NCBI GenBank assembly: GCA_951406725.2
Contig: OX597825.1
Coordinates: forward strand, 70,432,001-70,496,000
Length of the DNA: 64,000 nt
Direction of reading: 5' to 3'
DNA from: Octopus vulgaris
Taxonomy: Eukaryota
Positions 52,422 through 63,426 of this stretch are shown here, piece after piece. The translations under genes were made by a program, and so were the position numbers. The first letter of the stretch is position 1. The number at the start of each line of letters is the position of its first letter. The notes beneath the pieces were generated by a model. The model had not been told where the DNA came from and made no database searches. It was given only the letters and a program-made list of their open reading frames with translations.

Positions 52422-53522
52422 GAGAAAGAGAGAGAGAGAGAGAGAAGATTGCATGTGTGCTGTTGCACCAGTATGAATTGTATAAATCCTTAAATCCTTA
52501 AAAATGTTTTAGCCCGAAGGCCGCGGCCATGCTGGGGCACCGTACATAAACTGGAATTTGTATGAAGCATATGAGCAACATTGCATGTGTGTCTGTGTAG
52601 TCTATGTGTGTGTGTATGTGTGAGCATGTGTGTATGCGTATATGTGTATATGTATAATACTCCTTTTCAGCATAAGTGTCTCAGTGAATAAGTATGCAAA
52701 ATGGAGAAGAAAGTGAAAAAAAAAAAAATTTTTTTTTTTTAAAAAAAACGAAAAAAAAAAAAAAAGACGAAAATGATACAATGTTTAAGTAGTGAAAATG
52801 GCTTCCCCACGATCAAATCATCACAGGCTTATTTTTTTGTTTGTTTGTTTTATCTGTTGTTTTTTTCCTTCCTTTTCTTTCTTTTCAAAAAAAAAAAAAA
52901 AAAGACAAAAAAAGAGATTAACCAGAAATTGCACACAATAAATATTCCACGCACAGATCTTACCACCATTCTCTCTGAGAACCCAACACTTTTGTCCTTT
53001 TTTTTTTTTGTTTTTTTATTTTTGGTTTTTCCTTTTTGTCTCTGTTATCCAGCCCCGTTGTTCCAATCAAAATCCAACGCTTGCTCTCTCGCTCTCTCTC
53101 GCTCTTTCAACTTCTGTCTTGTTTCTGGTATGTTTATTTGTTTGTTTGTTTGTTTGGTCGGTTTTTCTTTTGGTTTTTTTTTTTTACATATTTTCATTTT
53201 TTCGTAACAAACCAACCAAACACACACGCACACACATTGACACTTATATATATACATAACTACATCGTGTATGTACAAGCATGTGTCTGTGTATGTATGA
53301 CTGTGTGCGCACGTATGAGTGTGTCTATGTATGTATCGAACAAGTTCCATAGAGGCACATTATTATTATCATCATTGTCATTATTGATGTTGTTCTTGTT
53401 GTCGTCGTACTCCTTATACGTTTGTCAATCCAAAACAACTTGCTGCCACGGCAACGCAAGTCAGCAAGGGGGGAGAGGCCAGGTGAGTGTGCGGTGCGGG
53501 CAAGGGGGGACAAGGTTTTTTT

Positions 53523-53773
53523 TCAGACCATGATTTCATCTTCTTGGACGTCGTCCAAACGTTCCAGGGAGAGGACAAGACCAGCATTACGCATTCTTCT
53601 GTAGCCGCCGGAGTTGGCGATGATTTGGATTGGGAAGTTAGGCTGGGGGCGGTGGTGGTGGTGGTGCGAGCGGGTGTCGCTCGGTTTACGAGTTCGATAT
53701 TTAGATGGTAAATGTCTGTGGGGAACTGCGACTCGTCGTTTGTTCAGATGTTTTAAACGACTAGGTGGGTTAA
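53523..53773 (-). CDS. MYO9: Myosin IX (MYO9A-like) last coding exon
   Basis: Acceptor tttgtcttcttgttcttgttgcAG; phase-1 entry matches the previous exon. Open to TGA (plus-strand 53523-25): VNPPSRLKHLNKRRVAVPHRHLPSKY...SLERLDDVQEDEIMV*. The terminal EIMV resembles the MYO9A C-terminus EFMV. Confidence 0.85.
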
Positions 53774-53809
53774 CTGCAACAAGAACAAGAAGACAAAAAC
53801 GAAAAAATG

Positions 53810-53840
<31 letters not shown>

Positions 53841-54316
53841 TAAATAAATGTCATTTAAATAATGTCATTTAAATTGAATATAAATTTAATTAATATCAAT
53901 TTAAAACCAGTACCCTAGCATACAAAAATCTGAAAAATCAGAGAAAATTCTAATACATGTGTATATTTAAAGTACGAGAATGACTAATTATATATATAAC
54001 GGGAAGCTTTATGAAAATAGACAAAAGACGAAGGCAGGTGGAAAACAAACGAACAATTGTATTAGTATGGCGCTCAGGAAATATAAATAAAACAAGTCTT
54101 TAACGTTTCATATATATATATACAAATTGAGATAGGGGTTGTAAATGCAACCCTCCATGGGATAACATATATCCAATATACTGCTAGTGAAGTACCCAAC
54201 AAAGTTAATACATAAATGCTAATGATTGCGATGCAATCAATTCCTTTACTGTATGTGATTGAGTATTATCGTGTAATTGATATTTGATTTAGATGTATTT
54301 CTCCATTTTCTTATCT

Positions 54317-54371
<55 letters not shown>

Positions 54372-54380
54372 ATATATATA

Positions 54381-54466
54381 TTTATTATATAGAAGGAGCT
54401 TCTACAGGACTAGTACTGTTTCATTCAAGAGAAATCTTCCTGTAGAAGCTCCTTCTATATAATAAA
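54381..54466. repeat. Hairpin (~29-bp perfect arms)
   Basis: tttattatatagaaggagcttctacagga ... tcctgtagaagctccttctatataataaa. Confidence 0.85.
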
Positions 54467-54809
54467 TTAATTTTACTCTGCTATGTATTGAGTACCTTAC
54501 TTACTGTGGTTAACCCCGAATCAACCCGGGACCTACATATGTATATATATATATGTATATATCACCTTACAGAATGTGTAACACACCAGATAACTGTGTT
54601 TTCTTGTGTTTCCCCATGTTGTTGATCAAACAAACCTAATACACAGACCCTAATCTGTGTATTTCTTCAAACACATCTTTTAACAACATGTGTGTGTCTA
54701 ATACAAGAAATAAACTGTGTGTTTCCAGATCTTGCTGGTGTTCTCCCCTAAAATCACTGGCTGAAAATAATTTTATAAATAAAACAAAATACAATGAAAA
54801 CAAAACAAA

Positions 54810-55980
54810 TTAGCAGTGATTGATTATAGAGAAGGTGGTTAATGATATAGACGGTACCTGAGATTCATTAGCATGAAGATTAATTATGCCAGAGATTGAC
54901 TATGGTGGAGATTAATGATGAAGATTAATGAAGAAGATAATTAAGGGGGTTAATGATGTAGAGAACACTTGGGATTCATTAAAGTGAAGAAAGATTACAG
55001 TGAAGATTAATGATGCTGGAGAGTGACTATGGTGGAGATTAATGATGAAGATTAATGAAGAAGATATTAAGGGGGTTAATGATGTAGAGGACACTTGGGA
55101 TTCATTAAAGTGAAGAAAGATTAGTGAAGATTAATGATGCTGGAGATTGACTATGGTGGAAATTAATGATGAAGATGAAGATATTAAGAGGGTTAATGAA
55201 GTGGAGACCACCTGAGATTCATTAGAGTGAAGATTGGTTATGGTGAAGATGAATGATGCCTAAGATTGGACTATGGTGAATATTAATGATGAAGATTAAT
55301 GTGGAAGATATTGATGTAGAGGGCACTTGAGGTTGATTATAGAGAAGATTAACAATGAAGAAGATACTTGAGATTGATTAGAGTAAAGATTAATGATGGT
55401 GAACACACAGGAGATTGAATATAATGAATATTGATGATGTAGATGACAGCAGAGATTAAGATACATTGAAGATTAATGAAGATTAATTATGTAAAGGGTA
55501 TCTGAGATTGATACACAATAAAGATTAATGATGTAGAAGATTGACAGTGATGTACAAGGTACCTGAGATTGATTACAGTGAAAATTAATGATATAGAAGA
55601 CAGGTGAAATTTATTACAGAGAAGAATAATGATGAAGATTAATGAAGGAGATTAATGATGTAGAGGGCACTTGAGTTTGATTATGGAAGATTAGTGATGG
55701 AGGAAGATACCTGAGATTAATTATGGTGAAAATTAATGATGTAGAAGACACAGGAGGTTGACTACATGGAAGATTAATGATGTACAAGACTGCTGTGATT
55801 AATATATACTGAATGTTAATGATGTAGACAACTGGGATTAATGAAGAAGATTAATTATCTTCCAGAGATTGATTATGATGAAGATTAGTGAGGAAGAAGA
55901 CAGCTGAGGCGGATATAATTGAAGATATAAGGTATAACAACATCAGAGATTAAATTACATAGTGTGATTAATGATGAAGA
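54810..55980. repeat. Degenerate minisatellite in the last myosin IX intron
   Basis: Recurrent gaagattaatgat(g/gtaga) core with a ~120-127-bp higher-order period (gactatggtg at about 54898, 55025, 55149 and 55269) that decays to the right. Confidence 0.85.
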
Positions 55981-56456
55981 CTTTTGAATCTTAATGAAGG
56001 ACAGGAGAAGACAAGACTTTAAAAGCTGGACTTCAGTAAATGTTACAAAAGGTAAAATACAAGGGAGATAACCAGACAGTAAGGTATGGAATAAAAATGT
56101 GTTTTGTTTTTACATTGCATCAAAAATTTTTTCCTTCAATTTCTATTTCCTGATAAATGTCCAGAATTTTACGTCAGTGTTATTGTTGTGGAAATGATCG
56201 AAGGAAGACCAAGACTTCTGGTGGTTTGTTGTGCTTGAGAAGACAAATCAAGCTCAGTAAACTCGTGGTTGTCCTTGCATACAGGCATGTCCCCTGCATT
56301 CCTCTTCAGCTGAGCTGTCTTAATCTTGTGGGCTTGCGGGTGCTGATGCCACACAGGAAGCACCTAGGCTGGGGCTAAAACTACCCGGTACACTCTGTAA
56401 CGTGGTTGGCATTAGGAAGACAGATGAAACGTCAGTAAGTATTTTGGCCGGTATTT

Positions 56457-56818
56457 TATTCTTTTACTTGTTTCAGCCATTTGACTGTGGCCATGCTGGA
56501 GCACCACCTTTAGTCGAGCAAATTGACGCCAGGACTTATTCTTTGTAAGCCTGTTACTTTTTCTATCAGTCTCTTTTGCCGAACCGCTAAGTTACAGAGG
56601 GACATAAACACATCAACATCAGTTGTCAAGTGATGGTTGGGATGGGAAACAAATACACACACATATATATATATATATATATGATGGGCTTCTTTCAGGT
56701 TCCATCTACCAAATTCACCCACAAGGCTTTGGTCGGCCCAAGGTGCCATGAAATGGGACTGAACCCAGAACCATGTGGTTGGGAAGCAAGCTTCTTCCCA
56801 CGCAGCCATGTCTGCGCC
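56457..56818 (-). mobile_element. SINE family A copy joined to the U6 fragment
   Basis: Head GGCGCAGACATGGCTGCGTGGG begins 2 nt after the U6 T-tract on the minus strand; it has an internal deletion. Confidence 0.85.
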
Positions 56819-56820
56819 TT

Positions 56821-56904
56821 AAAAAATATAGAACGCTTCACGAATTTGCAGGTCATCCTTGTGCAGGAGCCATGCTAATCTTTTCTGTATCGTTCCAATT
56901 TTAG
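56821..56904 (-). pseudogene. U6: 5'-truncated U6 snRNA retrocopy
   Basis: Reverse complement CTAAAATTGGAACGATACAGAAAAGATTAGCATGGCTCCTGCACAAGGATGACCTGCAAATTCGTGAAGCGTTCTATATTTTTT matches U6 from about nt 25 to the 3' U-tract. The 5' stem-loop is absent and the ACAGAGA box is mutated to ACAGAAA. Confidence 0.93.
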
Positions 56905-57030
56905 AATAATTCTGTCAGCTCACTGCCTTAAAGGCAAAGCCCGCATCAGCGACATTTGAACTCAGAATATAAAGAAGGACGAAATGCAACCAAGCATTTT
57001 GCCCAGCATGATAACGATTCTGCCAATGCC

Positions 57031-57061
<31 letters not shown>

Positions 57062-57123
57062 CATGGTGATGATGGTGATGGTGATGGTGGTGGTGGTGGT
57101 GATGGTGATGGTGATGATGATGG

Positions 57124-57169
<46 letters not shown>

Positions 57170-57329
57170 ATGTAAAGAATTCGAAGGAGAGTGGTGGCAG
57201 GAGTAGGACAGATAATAGTCCCAAGCAGTGATGAAGCAAAGGAAAAGAGAGAATTTAAACAAGACAGACAGAATGATACCTTGAAGAGATGGAAAGGTAA
57301 ATAAAAGAAACGTATGGTCAATTCTTGCA

Positions 57330-57510
57330 GGGAAATGTCTGAAACAGTCAACAAAGATAAGAATTGGGAATAGACAAGGGAAAATGACTTGAAAGTTGAA
57401 ACTGGAGCCATTGTCATTGCAGCCCAAGAACAGGCAGTGAGAATAAAACTATATCAAGTTCAGTCTTGACAAGTCAGTGAAAGAGGAAAAGTAGAATATA
57501 AAAGATGTGA
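57330..57510 (+). mobile_element. Dong/R4-like LINE fragment
   Basis: Translation DLKVETGAIVIAAQEQAVR, matching the LKxETExxIxAAQDQAL motif that precedes the CCHC finger in R4/Dong elements. Confidence 0.6.
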
Positions 57511-57807
57511 CGATGAAACCAAGAGAGAAGGCAGCATTCCTGGAAGTGAACAGAAAAAATCAAACAAACAGAACTCTTACCAGGAAGCCACATCAAAGGT
57601 AGAATGGACTAAGGACATAACTCTGATCATTTTCTTGAAAGAAAGAATTCAAAAGAGAATAAACTTTTACACTGGCAGTTCTATGTAATGAGCTCCCAAA
57701 AATTATGAGAAAGGTGTAAATGTAGGGTGGGGTGGGTGGGGAGTAGGGAGAGGTGTGTACCTGTCAATGTTGAGAGGAATATATATTTATATATACATAT
57801 ATATATG

Positions 57808-57869
<62 letters not shown>

Positions 57870-59072
57870 AGGAAGGTGTGTACGTACACCGCAAAAATAT
57901 ATGTATAAAAAATATATATAAAAATACAAAATGGGACAAGAACGCAAAACATTCAAATAGGCAATATGAAAACGGACAGGTCATTCGAAGCCTCTAATCT
58001 TCAGTCAAGAACCGGATCATCCTCGCATTTTTGGCTGATTAATCTTGAGGTTGCTTCGATCTGGCCAGCCCCAAGGAAAAACTAAGCTACGAGCATTAGA
58101 TTTCTTGGAAAAAGGATCGAATGTATATACATATATATAAATTTTAAAAAATGAGGGTGAAAAATTGAATATCAATTTGATTATTATCGATTTTAAACCA
58201 GTGGCCTAGCACATAGAAAAATCTGAAGATTCAGAAAAATTATATTGCATACATATAAGAGGGAGGACCACAAAGTGGACATCCATTATGCCAGAAGTCA
58301 ACCCCCTATGGTCTTACCACTAAGAAATGAATGTTCTCAAAAAAATTCAGCAAACACCAGAACGTAAGCGAGCATGACAAATGAAAAGATACAAAATATA
58401 AAGATTAATCACAAACCAGTTTCGTTGTTACCACATACGTAATCACTTACATAGATGTCACCGGTTTGGGATTAATCTGTGGTTTGGGATTAAACAGATT
58501 GTGGATCTGATTCCCAGACCAGGCAGCATTTTGAGTTCTTGAGCAAAACACCCCATTTTACATTGATGCAATCCCCCTTTCGATTAGGGAACAATGTTGG
58601 CCTGCTTGCCTAGCCAGCAGGGTGGCATCATTCAAGGGTTAAAACGCACTGTGACCAGTGATGTGTAACAACATCTAACAGTCTGGTCAGTCACATGATA
58701 AACGGTGATGATGAAGATGATGATCATCATCATCGTTTAGCATCTGCTTTCCATGCTGGCATGGGTTGGACGGTTCAACTGGGGTCTGGGAAACCAGAAG
58801 GCTGCATCAGGCCCAGTCTGATCTGGCAATGCTTCTATGGCTGGATGCCCGTCCTAATGCCAACCACTCCGTGAGTGTAGTGGGTGCTTTTTACGTGCCA
58901 GACGAGGCTGGCAAACAGCCACGATCGGATGGTGCTTTTTACGTGCCACCGGCACGAGGCCATGATATATATATATAGATAAAATTCATTCATTTTTTAA
59001 TGATTTTATCATGTAATTATTTATATATTATATATCAGATATATATGGTGATATGTAATACTTGAAACTTAC

Positions 59073-59227
59073 CTGGAAGATCAAAGGTAACAGCATATTC
59101 TTCGTTGGTTTCATCTGCATCAGTGCAGTCAGGTGCATTTGACAGTAAGCCCTCCACACTATTAGACTCATCGTCAGAGCTCAACTGTTGACACTCCAGT
59201 CGTGGCAGGTTGCATGTAAGATCTTCT
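59073..59227 (-). CDS. MYO9: Myosin IX (MYO9A-like) penultimate exon
   Basis: Acceptor tattctgttacAG, donor GTAAGT, 155 nt (phase 2->1). Encodes (K)EDLTCNLPRLECQQLSSDDESNSVEGLLSNAPDCTDADETNEEYAVTFDLP, similar to MYO9A KEELTFEMLVLEPRASDDETLESE. Confidence 0.85.
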
Positions 59228-59341
59228 CTGTAACAGAATAGGACAACATCATGTGTTTAGCATTGGATGGCATCATACATTTATAGCTGGCTCAGCAGAG
59301 AGGGTATCACAGATACATACTTAGTATATGTATATGTGTGC

Positions 59342-59379
<38 letters not shown>

Positions 59380-59788
59380 CAATAATAATAATAATAATAT
59401 GAGGGAATATTATTCCAAACTTACAGGGAAAAATTCAATTTAGAAATTTTAAATCAAATTTCACAAAATATTATATATATATATATAAATTAGAAAAAAA
59501 ACACCTTTTATCAATTCAATAATGAAAAATTAAATTATACCATTTAGAAAAATTACATATTACAGAAAGATAAAAATATAAGATAAAACATATAACAATG
59601 ATTGAGTAATATGCAAAATAGTAAATAAAACGTATATATTTGGTATATATAGTCAATAATAAAAGGGTAAAATTAATTAATTATTAATTATCAATTTTAC
59701 CAAATAGTGTTCAGTATGTAAAAAGACCATTTACGGTATATTTAAAACATTACGTTATATAATTGAACCCTAATTATATAATGTATTT

Positions 59789-59834
<46 letters not shown>

Positions 59835-60260
59835 GTGGAGGGGACAACATTATAACTTTAGTACATGTTTGTGTGAGTGAAGTTCGAATTTACAGAAAAC
59901 AAAAGACAAAGAAAGGTGAGGGAATAACAAGGAAGTGTATTAGTTTAACGCTCAAGAAGAATGGAAAAGTCTTTGACGTTTCAAACCTACACTCTTCCAC
60001 AGAAAGGATTGAGAAGGGGGAAAATGGAGAGAGAAAAAATGCATAGGGATCAACGGTTTAACATGCTCTCTGTTTATTTAACTCTTACTCCTTCCTTCCC
60101 AGCCCCTCTTGACTCCCGTTCACTCTCTCTTTCTTTCTCTCTCTCTCTCTATATATATATATGCTCCATAGAGAATGAAGGGCTGAAGTAAATGCATGCA
60201 TCCATCCAACCATCCATCCATCCATCCATACATACATACATACATACATACATACATACA

Positions 60261-60291
<31 letters not shown>

Positions 60292-60898
60292 TTACTCCAG
60301 CCCTTCATTCCCTATGGAGCATAAGCTATCAATGACTTTTCTCGACTGTTCTTGACCCAAAGCTGTCCTGATGGTCAGAAGGGAAGTAGGCCTTGCAGCA
60401 TCCTTTTGGATTTTTTAATTCCATGTAAGGCCTTTTGTCTCCCAGATCTTGTTGTTTGTGAATTGTCATCAATGCTTCTCTTAGCTTTTTTATTTTTCAA
60501 GATAAAGGTGTTGGCCCTATGCAAACCTACTTTAACCTCTGCAAACAGGTGATCCATATCAGTCTGGCCTCAGTTCTCTGATCCTACCAGGAGATGTGCT
60601 CCACTGGCATAACTCTCAGGATTTTTGAGGCATTATGTGGCACCAATCCACAAGAACGACTGGATATGGTGGTGGATGCTTGTGTACATAGGACATCGTA
60701 AATTTAGTATACATCAGTATATACAGGACAACATCAAAAATTTAGCACATGTATATGTATATATGGGGCATAATAAATTTAGTACTTGTCAAAATCCTAC
60801 CTCATCCAGATTGTCATTTAGACCAAATGCACCAATTATCATTGGTTTAAATGGAAATTTGTAGTATGTATGGATGGATGGATGACTGTGTGTGTGTG

Positions 60899-60930
<32 letters not shown>

Positions 60931-60977
60931 TGTGTGTGTGTGCATGCACGTGCATACCACACGAATGTATGACTTAC

Positions 60978-61108
60978 TTCTCCTTCTGAATGCATTCTAT
61001 ATGAGCAGACAGAGCAAGTTCTTCTGCTCTGGCATCAAAGAGACCGAGATTGTCAGGACTTGGAGATTCAACTGCTTCTACAAACTCCTCTTCAGGTGAT
61101 TCACCAGG
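60978..61108 (-). CDS. MYO9: Myosin IX (MYO9A-like) internal exon, start of the tail coiled coil
   Basis: Acceptor cttttgtcgttgcAG, donor GTAAGT, 131 nt (phase 0->2), compatible with both neighbours. Encodes PGESPEEEFVEAVESPSPDNLGLFDARAEELALSAHIECIQKE, similar to MYO9A EERVLTEQIENLQKEK. Confidence 0.85.
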
Positions 61109-61129
61109 CTGCAACGACAAAAGATATTT

Positions 61130-61375
61130 CATTAAATTAAAAAGGGCCTTGATAAGCAGCTCAACAAACTTCCTAGCAGTGTTAACGTGGGAGAACTTCA
61201 GAAAATAATGTTGCTAGGTTCCGCACACATTTTACGCCGTGTACTCTCCATGAGATGAGGACCTGCTGTGACCCTAGGGTCAAGGGATGACTCCTGGTTC
61301 AGCAGAATACAACGGACCATATTTTATTTAAAAAAAAAAAAAGAAAATGATAATGATGATGATGATGATGATAGT

Positions 61376-61415
<40 letters not shown>
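61130..61415 (+). mobile_element. 3' end of a Dong/R4-like LINE with (AAT)n tail
   Basis: Translation KKGLDKQLNKLPSSVNVGELQKIMLLGSAHILRRVLSMR* (LQKxxLLGTAHILR terminal motif), then a short UTR and (GAT)n/(AAT)n repeats. Confidence 0.7.
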
Positions 61416-61423
<8 letters not shown>

Positions 61424-61611
61424 ACAACAACATTGAAAAATACCTTAAAATTGAGAACCCAGGTTCAAAATTTTCCCACGACACCTGATGAAGGCTGGAG
61501 GGTATATCAGCCAAAACGTGTTAACAACAAACAAGATGAGGACAAATATCCATCAAATGTAAATAATGTAAATAATGTACACAATTGCTCATCTCTTAAA
61601 TATAGAACTGT

Positions 61612-61990
61612 AAAATTGTAGTTGTAGACGATCTTTAATTCATAATCCAGCTTGGTACAGAACCAATATAAATTCTACAATTTTTTTCTTTTTCCATATT
61701 TTTTTATATATATTTTTCTGGTTTTGAATAGTCTGGTGTTCTAGTGATTTTCCATTCTATTGTTATTTGTTCATTCCCGTCTGGGCTACGAGAATTATTT
61801 TTATATTTTTGTTGGTTGTAATTATTCATACCAATATGAAATTCCTGACGAAGAATCTAATTCATATTTCAAGAAGAGCTTTCTGTTTTTGTCTTTAGAC
61901 TTAATTAGACTCTGAAACAATTTGCAGAATTTATATTGGTTCCGTACCAACCTGGATTAACAATTAAAGATCGTCTACACCTACAATTTT
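61612..61990. repeat. Inverted repeat (~70-bp arms, ~240-bp spacer)
   Basis: aaaattgtagttgtagacgatctttaatt...aaccaatataaattct versus agaatttatattggtt...aattaaagatcgtctacacctacaatttt. Confidence 0.8.
61838..61932 (+). ncRNA. Hammerhead-ribozyme-like motif (mutated cleavage triplet)
   Basis: aaattc-CTGACGA-AGAATCTAATT...AATTAGACTCT-GAAA-C-AATTT-GCA-gaattt; stems I and II pair. Confidence 0.5.
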
Positions 61991-62044
61991 TTTTCCATTC
62001 CTTATACTTCATTTATTGTTTTTGCAAATACTGAATACTCTCTC

Positions 62045-62417
62045 TTTTATTCTTTTATTTTTTTTTCAGTCATTTGACTGAGGCCATGCTGGAGCACTGC
62101 CTTTAGTCGAAGAAATCGACCCCAGGACTTATTCTTAGTAAGCCTAGGCCTTATTCTATCGGTCTTTTTTGCCAAACTGCTAAGTTACAGGGATGTAAAC
62201 ACACCAGCATCGATTGTCAAGCAATGTTGGGAGAACAAACACAGACACAAAAACATATACACATATATATATATATACACGATGAGCTTCTTTCAGTTTC
62301 CGTCTACCAAATCCACTCAGAAGGCTTTGGTCGGCCCGAGGCTATAGTAGAAGACACTTGCCCAAGAAGACATGTGGTTGGTAAGCAAGCTACTTACCAC
62401 ACAGCCACTCCTGCACC
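62045..62417 (-). mobile_element. SINE family A copy
   Basis: Reverse complement of the consensus with an internal deletion. Confidence 0.85.
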
Positions 62418-62530
62418 TATATTTTTTATATATATTCTTTACTTGGACTGTACCAACATACTTGGGTGTTTGACATCCCCTTGAAGGATTTTGATCCTCA
62501 CCTCCTTTATATATATATCTATATATATAT

Positions 62531-62583
<53 letters not shown>

Positions 62584-62998
62584 AGATACAAAATATACAT
62601 TAAGTGAAAACTAAATACTATAATTTAAACTATATGCATTAAATTAAATTATTAATTAATTAATTAATTTATTTATTTATTTATTTAATGAACATCTAAA
62701 TGAAATCTTATACTCATTAAGTAATTTATATTAAAAACCTTAATGTTAAGTAATATACATAATGTTAGTACAAGCTACAAATATTAGAATTAAAAAATAA
62801 CTACTGGGGTCGATTTGTTCAACTAAAACCCTTCAAGGTGGTGCCCCAGCATGGCCATAGTCAAATGACTGAAACAAACAGGGAAGAATGATAAAATGAA
62901 AAAAAAAATGCACATGAAAGTACATTGTCTAGCATAAAAAAGTTGAAATATTTCAAGAAGAGACTTATACATAAATCAGGTTGTCCAAAAATACTCAC

Positions 62999-63134
62999 CT
63001 TGGGGCTCTTAATACTTGCTCTAACATAAATTAATCGGTCGTTGGCAGTGGCTTGAGCAGTGTTCAAGGTGCTGATATCGGCTAGCGTGGCCTTTAATTT
63101 CCGCAGCTGTTCAGAAATTATGCTTTCTATACAT
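62999..63134 (-). CDS. MYO9: Myosin IX (MYO9A-like) internal exon, segment following the RhoGAP domain
   Basis: Acceptor ttcttccttcccaattacAG, donor GTGAGT, 136 nt (phase 2->0). Encodes CIESIISEQLRKLKATLADISTLNTAQATANDRLIYVRASIKSPK, which matches by recall vertebrate MYO9A CVELIVVEQMNKYKARLKDISSLEFAENKAKTRLSLIRRSM. Confidence 0.85.
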
Positions 63135-63265
63135 CTGTAATTGGGAAGGAAGAAGAAAATTGTTTTTAGAAAATATCACATTTTGATCACCATTGTTTAT
63201 TTCTAAATATTGCCATCATGAAAATGTACATCCAAATACAAATGCTTTACAAACCAGAAAAATTA

Positions 63266-63426
63266 CCATATTTTAACATGTATAAGGAATCCCCTAATTT
63301 TGGGGGCTTCAAATTTGGAAAAAAGGTTTTGTAAGGAATTAAATACTATCCATGTGTAAGAAACTCCCATATTTTTTAAACCTAATTTTTGATGAAAAAG
63401 GGTTCCTTATACATGTTAAAATAAGG
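63266..63426. mobile_element. MITE (Tc1/pogo-type) with TA target duplication
   Basis: TA-CCATATTTTAACATGTATAAGGAATCCC ... GGGTTCCTTATACATGTTAAAATAAGG-TA; near-perfect ~27-bp TIRs. Confidence 0.75.

Noticed and set aside
56821-56904. Functional U6 gene
   Set aside because: Lacks the 5' stem-loop, has a mutated ACAGAGA box, and the upstream sequence is SINE-derived rather than a PSE/TATA promoter.
60800-60870. Extra myosin IX exon (FKPMIIGAFGLNDNLDE, followed by GTAGGA)
   Set aside because: No nearby acceptor, and the flanking exons already join in phase with MYO9-like continuity.
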